From NCBI GenBank assembly GCA_951406725.2, contig OX597820.1, forward strand, positions 71,734,001 to 71,798,000: DNA of 64,000 nt, read 5' to 3'. Origin of the DNA: Octopus vulgaris. Lineage: Eukaryota. A program made the translations under genes and the position numbers. This document shows, in pieces, positions 40,398 through 51,742 of the stretch. Numbering within the stretch: position 1 is the first letter of the stretch; the number at the start of each line of letters is the position of its first letter. The notes under the pieces were generated by a model. That model did no database searches. It was not told the DNA's origin and saw nothing but the letters and a program-made list of their open reading frames with translations.

Positions 40398-40891
40398 CCT
40401 AGTTGCCTTAATAATGGGATCCTTTAGAGTGTTTTACACAAGCGGTCATTGTGATATAAGCCAAAAGTATTGTGATATTTTATCTTGCAGTAGTTGATGC
40501 TACAGTTTGGTTCACTGTTTGCATATTTAATTTGGCTTGACTTTTATTGCTAGATGCCTTTCATATTGAGAACTTCCAACAAATAAGTGCATTTATCAGA
40601 GTATTAACAATGAAAAGATTGTCAAGCAGACAAAGAAACCTATCTAACCTGCTAATAGGTCAAACTTATCAATGGCTTCCAAATGATTTCTAAATGGCCA
40701 ATCTCCAAGAGTTGTTACTTCTAAACCTGGAAGGATAGTTCAGTCAAAAGTCCCAAAAGACACTATAGCACAAATGACAAATACAGGACTGTTATTCATA
40801 AAAAGTGGATTCTATGTACGTATTAATTACATTGAATTCACAAAATATACTAAGCAGGTCTTCATATGCCTGAGATATATGCAAATAATTA

Positions 40892-41040
40892 GCAGGAATG
40901 GCTGTGTGGTAAGAAGCTTGCTTCCAAACCAAATGCATCTGGGTTCAGTCTCATTGTGTGGCACCTTGGGCAAGTGCCTTCTATAATAGACTCAGGCAGA
41001 CTAAAGCCTTGTGATTGGATTTGGTAGACAACTGAAAAAA
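40892..41040 (+). mobile_element. SINE 5' half (27502 family)
   Basis: gcaggaatggctgtgtggtaagaagcttgc...gggttcagtc...ttgggcaagtg. Confidence 0.8.
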
Positions 41041-41043
41041 CAT

Positions 41044-41327
41044 GTGGCAGACTGGCCAGGTTGCCAGCTTATCCGATGGCAAGTGGGCCCTTCGTCATTA
41101 GAATCCATATATGGGGGCCGATGTTAGTATCTAAGGGGCCCATCCACTCAAGTTTGAGAATTTTTTATTTACTCTTGGAAGAATGCATTAATTATTTCAG
41201 CTTAGCTCTGTTTGTAGACAGTTGAAAAGAATACTTTTAACAAAATAAATAAATGATAGCATTGTAGTTGTGGGTGGTCCCTCTTAGTCTCCTGGCAACC
41301 AATATTTTTAGACCCAGTCTGCCACTG
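41044..41327. mobile_element. MITE (hAT-like TIRs)
   Basis: gtggcagactgg ... ccagtctgccactg inverted termini; no clear TSD. Confidence 0.55.
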
Positions 41328-41515
41328 TATCAGCCAAGTTATTATTATTCGAATGTGACTTAGTCAGTGAATCTAGGATTTCCCTCTTCTTTCAATATCT
41401 CATTTGCCATATGTATTTCATTTCAATTTCAGCCAGCCTCCCTTTCTCATTACAAAATGTTTATATGATAAATTTGCTGATTAAAATGTACATGTGTATT
41501 AATTTAGTATTAATG

Positions 41516-41517
<2 letters not shown>

Positions 41518-41567
<50 letters not shown>

Positions 41568-41578
41568 TCAATAATAAC
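41518..41578. repeat. (TAA)n microsatellite
   Basis: Direct reading. Confidence 0.9.
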
Positions 41579-41579
41579 A

Positions 41580-42488
41580 GTTAGGTATGAAGGAGTATTG
41601 AGAGCAGAAAAAAAAGGGAAAACAAAGGAAGAAATACAAAAAGGACATGACGAAGAATTACATAATAAGGGACTACACAATTAATTCCATGTAACCACAA
41701 CAGAAGTTGCTGAAAAAAATAGGTGGGATTGGCTGATGAAAGAACCCTAAAAAAAGAGACTAAAAGTACTATGCTGGCAGCACAAGAACAAGCTTTGGCC
41801 ATGAACTGGAGGGTCAACGTTAGGAATGAGTAAGTGTCTCTGCTGTGTTGCACCTGCAAGAGAGTGGATGAAACCATTGCCTATATCACAAACAAATGCC
41901 CTTGACTCACCCAAAACCACTACACTGGAAACTGTGCATAAAGTGGGAGCTAGAGAGAGGCAAGACGGAATATGGACACAGACCACAGAGAATGGCAGAG
42001 TCGGAGACTAGCAAAATCCTTTAGGATTTCCCAGTCCAAACAGATCAGGTGCTAGAGCATTACAGACCAAACCTAGTGGTGATGGATAACGTACACCACA
42101 TACGCTATATAGTTGATGTTGCATACCCCTTTGACCCACCAATAGGTAAGGATGAAGATAAAAAGGTAGATAGATACAACCCTCTTAAGTAAGAAATAGC
42201 CCGGCTATGGAAAATGAAGAATGTGAAGATAGTGCCAATTATTGTTAGGTCCATGGGAACAATATCAGAAGGCATCAAGAGGAATGTAAAGGAAATTGGA
42301 ATAGAATGCCCAGTAGAGCTGTTACAAAAGTTTTGCTTCCTTGGCACAACCAGAATAATCAGGAAAGTATTAGATAGCTGAAAAGAATGAATAGCATGGT
42401 ACCATAGGCTGCAGGCAGTAAGCTCACTATGCGTGCAAGGCTCCAGGACCTCCAACAAAACCTGTGATAAAGAGAAAATAACAATAAA
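41580..42488 (+). mobile_element. 5'-truncated R4/Dong-type RLE non-LTR retrotransposon
   Basis: LKKETKSTMLAAQEQAL, degenerate CCHC (CCTCKRVDETIAYI), RLE 'HYRPNLVVMD..YIVDVAYP..EDKKVDRY..LWKMKNVKIVPIIV', C-terminus LGTTRIIRKVLDS* (42381). Confidence 0.85.
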
Positions 42489-42999
42489 AGCTAAATACTA
42501 TGGCTTTTCTTTTAAGTCCATCTAGCTATGTGAGGACTAATATTAGTTTGCGCAAGTTCTGTGCACAGCATCCATTTTTGCACACATATTATGCCCACCT
42601 ACCCTCCCACAACCCCACGATTTTGATTTGTGCATGAACTGTTTTACCTGGTGACTCATACTCCCCCTGTTCTGTATGTGGAGTACATATTTTACTTATA
42701 TCTTTATACCTTCATGCAGGCACCCAGATGAGTGTCATGCACTGTTAAAGGTACCTTGTATAAATACTTAGACATATAATACTTAAACCATCCTATGCAG
42801 GCACCCTATCCTCTCCTCCAGGTCAACCTATATTCCCTATTCTCATACCCACTTCATCTCTTGTTGGCTCTTGCTCTGGATATTATATGGAATGGGGGAA
42901 ACTGTGATTCATTGTAATTCACTGCAAAAACTATGTACCAAAGCCCTATGCTAGCTGACAAGCATTTGCACAGATCTTCTTTTCAGGTGATGAAAAAAG

Positions 43000-44840
43000 T
43001 TCCACAACTGCCTTCTTATCATCACTTCCAAGTACTCAATCTCAGGGCTACTACCATCAATGTTGGCACAATGAAAGGAAGGACTGGGGAGATTATTGAA
43101 ATGTTGGAGTGACGCCATGTTGATGTGTGTGATGTGCAAGAAGTAAGATGGAGATGAACCATGGGTAAGAGATAGATTCCTGATGGATAGGAGACAGAGA
43201 TTCAAATTCTTCTCGGTAGGCAGGAGGGATGGAGTGAATGGTGTAGGCATATTATTAGCAGAAAAGAGGTTAGATAAGGTAATTGAGGTAATCAGAGTAT
43301 CTGACAGGGTAGTTAAGATGAGACTTATCAGAGATAAATTAACAGTTACATTTATCTCTGCCTATGCTCCTCAATCTGGGATGACTGATGAGCAGAGGGA
43401 TCGATGATATTAGGTCCTTTTGCAGACTCTCTCAACAACAAATGACAGAAACTTTGTTATTGTAACTGGTGATTTCAGTGGACATGTTAGACAGCATCCC
43501 CATGGATTCCAGGTAATGCTTTAGATAGAAACAGCTACAGAGGTATCAAACTGCTAGACCAAGTCATGAAAGCTCAATTAATTAGGAATAGAATTAAACT
43601 AAATGAGATGCAGTTTGGTTTTGTATCTGGTAAGAGTACCACAGATACCACCTTCCTAGTGAGACAGCTGTAGGAAAAGTACTTGGCCAAATGTAAGTCA
43701 TTGTACTTAGCCTTCATCGACCTGGAGAAAGCTTTCAACAGAGTTCCCTACTCTGTTATATGGTGGTTTCTAAGGAAGTTAGGAGTAGAAGAGTGGCATT
43801 TTAGAGCTGGACAAGCCATGTACAGTGGTGTTATCAGTAAGGAGAGAGCTGGCCACGAATTCAGTGATGAGTTTAGTGTACAAGTAGGGATTCACCAAGG
43901 TTCAGTTCTCAGTCCATTCTTATTCATTATAGTTCTCCAGGCCATAACAGAGGAATTCAAAACTGGATACCCAATGAAACTGCTGTATGCTGATAACCTT
44001 GCTCTTATTGCAGAATCATTAGCAGAACTGCTGAAGAAATTCCTGGTATGGAAACAAAACCTGGAATCAAAAGGCCTTAAAGTTAACCTAGCAAAGACCA
44101 AAGTTGTCGTTAGTAAGAAAGAAGATAAAACTCTCTTTCCATCAGGTAAATGGCCTTGCTCAATATGTAGGAAAGGAGTTGAAAGAAATTCCATTCACTG
44201 CACCAAGTGTAAGCTATGGATACATAAGCGGTGCAGTATAATCATAGGTAGATGAACAGATAAAGTCATCTTTGTATGTGACAGATGTGCAGGAACAATA
44301 AGCACTAAGAGCACACAGGACTTAGTTTCTCTCAAATGCCCAGGAAGCTCTCTTGAGGTTATAGATAGTCTTTGTTACCTAAGTGACTAAATTAGCAATG
44401 GTGGAGGATGCTCTAAAAGTATTGTTTCTCAGATTGAAAGATAGACTATATGGTGCAAATGGTTATACTCCATGGTAGTGAGACATAGGCTCTGAATGCA
44501 GAAGGCATGCATAGACTGGAGAGAAATAAAGGCAGTATGCAACATCAGTGCACATATACAGCAAAGTGTAAATGTTTTGAGAGAAAAGTTAGGCATAAGA
44601 GGAATCAAATGTAGCATGCAAGAGAGAAGACTATGTTGGTTTGGACATGTGAAGCATATGAATGAGGACAGCTGTATAAAGAAGTGCTAATCCCTGAAAG
44701 CGGATAGTACCAGCAGAAGAGGGAGATCCCAGGAAGACATGGGATGAAGTGGCAAGGACTGATCTCAGGATGATGGGCCTCATGGAGGAAATGACAATGG
44801 TCTGAAATATCTGGCAATAAGAGATTCTTGAGAAGACCTG
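43000..44840 (+). mobile_element. RTE LINE (APE fragment, RT, PHD finger), internally deleted and decayed
   Basis: TINVGTMKGR, VQEVRW, GVNGVGIL, ISAYAPQ, NSYRGIKLL, MQFGF, FIDLEKAFNRV, GIHQGSVLSPFLF, LLYADNL, WPCSIC, RLCWFGHV. Confidence 0.92.
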
Positions 44841-44857
44841 CCAACATCAGGGAAACT

Positions 44858-45042
44858 GTTGTTTTGTGCATGTCTCCATAACCTGGTGGTTTGGCAAAAG
44901 AGACTGATAGAATAAGTATCAAGCCTTAAAGAAAAGAAAAATAGTACCAGGGTTAAGTCATTCAACTAAAAACCTTTCAAGGTGGTGCCCCAGCATGACC
45001 ATAGTCCAATGACTGAAACAAGTAAGAGATAAAAGGTAAAAG
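44858..45042 (+). mobile_element. SINE 3' half (27502 family)
   Basis: ggcaaaagagactgatagaataagta...ggtggtgccccagcatgaccatagtccaatgactgaaacaag. Confidence 0.8.
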
Positions 45043-47423
45043 GGATACCCAGGGAATGAAGTTCAGAAAGAGCCAAGATGAAGTGCTACATTTGGGTTGG
45101 ATAATTGCCAATCATGAATTAGGACAAGAGAAGTTGAAGGTGCTGCTGCCATGCCGAAAAAAGTTGACTGTATGAAAAAATATAATGCTGTGTGACAGTA
45201 ATATTTTAGTAATAGAGGCGGAGTATTTGCAGAGCTTGGAGAAAAATATGTACAAACTATTTGGATGTGCAATGTAACTCGTATGAAAAATGAACATTAA
45301 TAAAAAAGGTTGGGCATTAAAGATAGTAGTTGGTGCATTCAGAAGAGGAAACTGCACTGGAAATGTGATGCAAGTGTATCAGTGTCAAATGGAAATTTAG
45401 GAAAAGTACTGAGGAATGATAAACCTCTTGGATGAGATGATGTAGTATCAAGAGGAATGTTAAAATGCTATACTGTGTTCTTACCCAACCAATGTCTGCA
45501 TTGAAAAACAAATGTTAAAATGATGATAATGAAGAATATGGCTACAGTAGTGAAGATGGTGATGGCGGTGGGGGTGGGGGTGGGGGTGAAGGCAGTGATA
45601 ACATTATGACCCATTGAAATGTACTATTTTATTCATATAGCATAATTTAGTTATCTTAAAGTTGTAAGGTTTCAGACAAAATCGACAGTTATAGTGCATC
45701 ATAAATAGAAAGATATTTGAATTGTGTTATGTAAAATGAAAATAGTGCATTCCATTTTCATTTAGATCAATAATATATTTTGTTAAACTCTGTTAAGCAT
45801 ACGGTTACTATAATGAAATTGTTAAAATAAAAAAAAAAATTGTCACCATAACATGTAGATAATTCTCAGTTTAACAATATTAGTTTTGGATAGATTCTGA
45901 GATGTATACATGAATGAACAAGCTAAGTTATATGAAAGTGCTTACTAGTGTTTAATGAGTTTTAGGTTATTATGGTTAACAAATTCTATGATAATTGAGA
46001 TAAGGTGTGAACTTGAAGGTGAATAGACAATTGCTATTAACACATTACAGGGTTAAATGTCTAACCGAATTGTTTTTAATAAAATTATAATTTTCTGACT
46101 AATTAACCTCATCTTTAGAGATAACATTTTTTTAATGCTTACACTAATACTTCATTTTCAGCCTGTTTGATCTCCATTTGTCATCAGGTATCTTATTTCT
46201 GTATATGTACATTGTACCAGGCTTGATTAAAACTAGGGATCTTTATTTCTAAGCTAAGAATAACAGCAGCCTTATCTACTAGGCCACTGACACATGTGCA
46301 ATTAATGTTACATTTTTAGGTTATTTAAATTTATCTTTCAGTAAATGCTGCCATATTGAGCTGCTGCCAGCACTGGGGTTTACTGACTGTGTTATCAGCA
46401 AGCATTATATGTACTGCTGCTTTGATGTTTCCAAGTTTATACTGGTTCTCTATCAATTATGGAAAGTTCATTCCATAGCATTATATGATTTTCTTTCGTG
46501 CATCATATATGTACAGCTATTCTTTCTTAAATGTTTCTCCTCTCATTAAGGTTTGCCAGTGTTCCTCTATTCTGACCTTTAGTGTAGATGTAAATAGACG
46601 TAAACATAGTGTATATGTCAATATTAGAATGTTTCATCTAAAGATGAAATTAATAGTCTGAAAAATTATAATCTTATTATGATAGAGGTTTTTCATTACG
46701 ACACTCTTTCATGTTAAATTAGAAAATTGATAACAAGATATGATAGTTCAAGAAAGAAAATTAAAAGCATTATTTTGAATATAAGAATTTTTATATCTAC
46801 TAAACAAATCAGAATATGAGTGCATATGAGTGTATTCAATCATTAGTTTCTTCTCAATTCTGTATTTGTTCAAGCTGTGTTACAATTATATTGAAGTTGG
46901 AAAATTTATTAAATGATACACAAAGATTTTATCCAGTATATGTAGAAGATGGCTTAGATTTGAAGTGCTAGACATTGGATGTTAAACTAAGTTATGGTAC
47001 AACTGAATGCTGGTAAACATCAAGCATATCTGGTTCTTTGAACTTGGTTAGATCAATGATCAAAACTATCATTAAATTTGTAGACAAAATGAAAACTACC
47101 GCCATGATGAGCTTGGTGTTATCAGTAGAATAAGTGATGTATTCATGAAGAAAATCTTTGTAGAAAAAGAAAGTCATATTTAATATTTAGCTATGACTAT
47201 TCTGTTAGTTTTTATCATAATAAAAACGAGTCTCTCCACTCAATTGAAAGTCCAAGGTATCTTGGAATTAAATATAATAAGCTTAAATCTTAATTAAACG
47301 CATTTTATAATATCCTTATAATTTAACTTTTAATGTATAACATGATGAGGCATGAGGTTATCACTACAACAGCTACATCTAAGACTTAATTTAATATTTG
47401 ACTTTAAGTGATACTTCTTTGGT

Positions 47424-47717
47424 TACGACATCAAGGGTTCCGGTAAATCCAGTCAATGGAACAGCCTGCTTTCAAAATTAACGTGGAAGTGGCTGAGCAC
47501 TCCATAGACATGTGTACACTTAATGTAATTCTCAGTGTGATTCAACATGTGATAAGGTTGGCCCTTTGTCAGCTTTGAAATACAGGTACTATTCATTTTT
47601 GCCAGCTGAGTGGACTGGAGCAATGTGAAATGAAATGTCTTGCTCAAGGACACAACATGTCACCAAGAATCGAACTCATGATCTGAATACCCTAACCACT
47701 AAACCACATACCTTCAC
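47424..47717 (-). mobile_element. tRNA-derived SINE
   Basis: cagctgagtggactggagcaatgtgaaatgaaatgtcttgctcaaggacacaac...aatcgaactc...ccctaaccactaaacca..ccttcac. Confidence 0.8.
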
Positions 47718-48449
47718 TAACATTTGGCCACTGCCAAAGGGATGATTGTTTCTGTTTCTTGCTAACACTCATCTGAGTGTTAGCAAGAGAATCTTGAAAG
47801 CAATAGAACTTATCAAACTCTGGAACGAAAAGCTTCTAATGCAGACCATTACCAAGTTCCTTGAATTTGTAAAAATGAATATCCTGTGGAATGCTGTTTT
47901 GTTAGTGTTGTATCTTCTAGAAATGTGTCTGCTATAGTAATTGAATTGAAGCCTTACAGAATATAATTGTATGTGTTTTTATATTGATCATTGGATGAAT
48001 ATCTTCTTCAGATAACGTATTTGAAATTTGAAATTTCATTGAGTTTCTCAGAATGAACTGGACTGTATGTTTTGAGACTGCAAAATATTTGTCTATGGTA
48101 CCAAGAGAGAGGAAATATTTTATAATTGGTATTTTACAACACAGTTATGGTAGAATGGAGAATACTTTCTTTTTCAATGCATTCTGAAAGCCAAGTCTAA
48201 ATAACATATGTAATTGAGTATTCTATTTATGCCCTCCTCCCTAAAAATCCCTCAAAATTTGTGTTATTGTTTCTTGAATGTTTACTATAAGGTTAGTTTA
48301 ATACCAGAATTGTACAAATTAGCTATATTTTATGAGATATATTTATAAATTTATTATCTGTAAAGAGTCATTAGCCCATGTTTGATCCTTTTCTTTCAAG
48401 TTTCAGTAAGATATGCAAACATTCTGTTCATGTTCCTAATATACATATA

Positions 48450-48492
<43 letters not shown>

Positions 48493-51400
48493 TTATGTAT
48501 TCTGATTCTACATTAAAAAATATTGACTATATCAATTATTATGAAATAGTTTTTCCATTTTTATGTATGTCGAATTTTATAAAAACAAATCAATTGTGAA
48601 TGCAATTTTTGAAATATAATTTAATTCTTCACAATGCTTAATTGCCCTTAAATCAATTTTTTGATGAAATTATGAGAAACAATTTCTGACATGGCAACAT
48701 TTATATAGTCTAGGATTAAATCAATAATTTTTCAAACAATATATTTTAGATTTTTATTTAATTAACTTTTTGCTTATTTTTTTTTAGTTTTCAAAGAAAA
48801 TGTAATCTTGTTAGATTGAAACTTAATTCAGTTTCCAAATAAACTCTGATATAAAAATTTGTAACATTTAAATTATTGTTTTACCTGTTTATAAATAAAA
48901 TCTAATGGGAGTAAAATTTCTTTAAAATATTGCATTCATTATTTGTTTTCATAATATCTGCAATTAATTTTACTAATTAAAAACTAAAATATCATCAGGC
49001 CTAATTTCCCTTGAATAAAACCATATAATACCTGGTGTATTTTAAATAATGAATTTTAATTTTACATTTTATAGTTCGTGGAAATAAAATCTTCAGGAGA
49101 AAGTTTGAAACATCATTTTTGTTTTAATATTAAAAAATAATTGGATTTTTTAGATTTTATTCTCTTTTGGTCATGAGTCTACTATGTTTGAATAGTAAAT
49201 ACATATTTACATTTCTTCTTTAAACAGATTTGTTCTTTTTTATGGTTACTTTCACATTCCCTTTCTCTTTTAGGAGAAAAAGTGAAAATACATTAGGTCA
49301 CAAAATGTTCTTTCAAATTTCAATTAGACAGAGAATAATTAATCATTGAAAATTTTGTTAAAATCATGCTATTTTTCTTTGATGTAAATGAGAAAAATTG
49401 ACTCTATAAATAAATAAATATTTATCTCTAGTTCAATAATCTATTTTAACCTAAGCAGTTAACTAGTCGACACACCTCACTGGTTGATTTGGAAACTAGA
49501 CTTTTCTAGCAGTGTTTCATTTTCTTTTTATTTAGTTTTGCATCATAATTGAAGCATATAGTAAATATACTTCACAGCTAGACAGAAATTACTCTGGCTT
49601 TTATATCTAGGAATATAGTATTAGAAGATTATAAATATTTAGCCCAGCTATTTTTCTTTTTTTTTTTTTTTGCTATTAATGTATATATTTTTATCTAGTA
49701 TAATTACGAATATGGCCTTGTTGGCCTGTCTGGCCTATAAAACCATTGAAAACAGAAGTAAAAAAAAAACAACAAATAATACAAATAACTGTCACAATGA
49801 GTATCACCATCTTTAATCAATATTATTATAATCAGGTAGGGTAGAGAATTTGTTGAGTTAGAAAGGTGTCAAGGAAAATGCAGTACAGTATTAGTTTTGA
49901 CTCTTTGTTCAAATTCAGCCAAATTGACTTTTCTTTTTATCCCTCTTGGGTCGACATAAAATAATCCTCAAACAAATCTTAAGATTGATATAATTGACTA
50001 TATGCTTCCTGAAAATGTGTGACCATATTAGAAATCTCTATTATTACAAAACATCATTGTGTCATTCACTTGGTTGCATAATAGGACTTTACTACTGCAT
50101 ATCTGATGTTGGTTTTATACCATCTGATTGGAATATAACCTGCAAGAAAGAGGATTTTTACTGGTGGAGAAACACATTTAAATATTATCATAATTAGTCT
50201 AATATAGTAGTAATATATTTTAGCTCCTTTTGCTCACTTTAGCAACCAAATATATTTCAACGAATGTACTACCATCTTCAAAATGGGGAACGCATTTTTG
50301 GCTTTGAATCTTTGGACAAGATACGTAGAATAAACATATAGGTTAACTATGAGTAAACTAATGATTGGACAATGAGAGTAAATCAAAACTAACACTCTGG
50401 AAATGATATAACTTATATATTTATAAGTAACTTTCTACAACAATGGTAGTGGTGATGGTAGTGGTGGCAGCAGCAGATCAAGCAAACAGAGACAATAATA
50501 CCAACAGTTATGACAGCAGCAGCAACACCAAAATTGCAGCAGGAAATGGCTGCTCTGCCAGCAGCAACAGAACCACCAGAATCACATCCAGGAATATCAG
50601 CACTGGTAATTGCTCCAGCAACAACAGCAACATCAAATGCAGAGTCAATGAAAGCAACATCAGTGGTGGTAGCACATCCAATACATGAAAATAAGTTAGT
50701 TCAGTTGCACCTCTGTCTAAGCAACGTCTGAACAACCAAAAATCCTCTGTTAAGATACTGAAAAAGTACAACATGTATGATTCTTAAAAGAGGAAGGAAC
50801 ACCATACATAATTAAGTGGAAACTCCTTGAATAATTGGGGACTTATATAAATGGGAGCAAACAACGTAAGCTTTAATTGGCAGAGAGAGTAAGGATCCTA
50901 AAGAAACTCACTCGACCCAGGGACCTTTCTAAACATCAGGAAAGAAAATGTTAGTCAATGCCCTCATCTAAAACGTTTCCTACTACAGACTTGGAATTCC
51001 TCATACTTTGAATAGGCCTGCCACATTCCTTTGAATATCCCCATGATTGGAGCTGATGCAAGGGAGGTAACCATGTCCTGCTTGCAGTGCCTTGCATGGT
51101 CAAATATTTTTTGTTTACAAAACTGACTGTGGCATATCTTTTTCTCCAATTGTAGAGAGGTTGTGTGCCTGCAGCTATTTGAGTCTGATGAGTGGCATAA
51201 ACTGCTTAGCACTTTATAGGTGGAAAACTAATGGTCACTCTATGACCAGCCATAACATCTAACTTTCTAAATTCGCTTACTACTATATTTGTGAGTGTCT
51301 GGAAGTATTTAACCAGTTCTCTAGCAGAGATTTGCTCACCTAGGACTTGTTAACATCAGTTCCAACAATAAATAGGTTTATCATTAAAATCCTGAATGCA

Positions 51401-51494
51401 ATTAGATTGCTAGCTTCTTAAACTATGTTTTAATGAATCATCATGTCTTCTTTATTTATTGCCTTATTTGCAATATATATATATATATATATAT

Positions 51495-51729
51495 ACCAGA
51501 GTAAATACATAAATGTGAAACAAGGTGGGAAAAAGAGTACTCAAATACCAGTGGAAGAGTAATATGCTTTATTTAAAGCAACAGAAAATTCAGCAAAATC
51601 TGTTACTCTGAGTTTCACGTTGCTGTTCGTCAGACAGTTTTTTCTAGTAAAAACTGTCCGACGAATGGCAACGTAAAACTTAGAGTAACAGGTTTTGTTG
51701 AATTTTCTGCTGCTTTAAATAAAGTATAT
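51495..51729 (-). mobile_element. Palindromic double-hammerhead element (Penelope-like pLTR remnant) in (TA)n
   Basis: Ungapped 168-bp imperfect palindrome 51562-51729 centred on CTAG, with a ~65-nt one-sided extension; (TA)n on both sides. Confidence 0.75.
51595..51642 (-). ncRNA. Minimal type I hammerhead ribozyme motif
   Basis: aaaaaCUGU-CUGACGA-AC agcaac GU-GAAA-CUC a GAG-UA-ACAGauuuu; all core nucleotides are present and the cleavage triplet is GUA (51606-51604). Confidence 0.75.
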
Positions 51730-51742
51730 ATATATATATATA

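Noticed and set aside
50437-50774. Overlapping S/N/A-rich ORFs
   Set aside because: Degenerate CAG/CAA trinucleotide low-complexity tract that is open in several frames.
51181-51240. gagt-CTGATGA...GAAAactaatgGTC-actc hammerhead-like spacing
   Set aside because: Stem I pairs (4 bp) but stem II cannot close (G opposite G), there is an extra A in the core and no inverted arm; likely chance.
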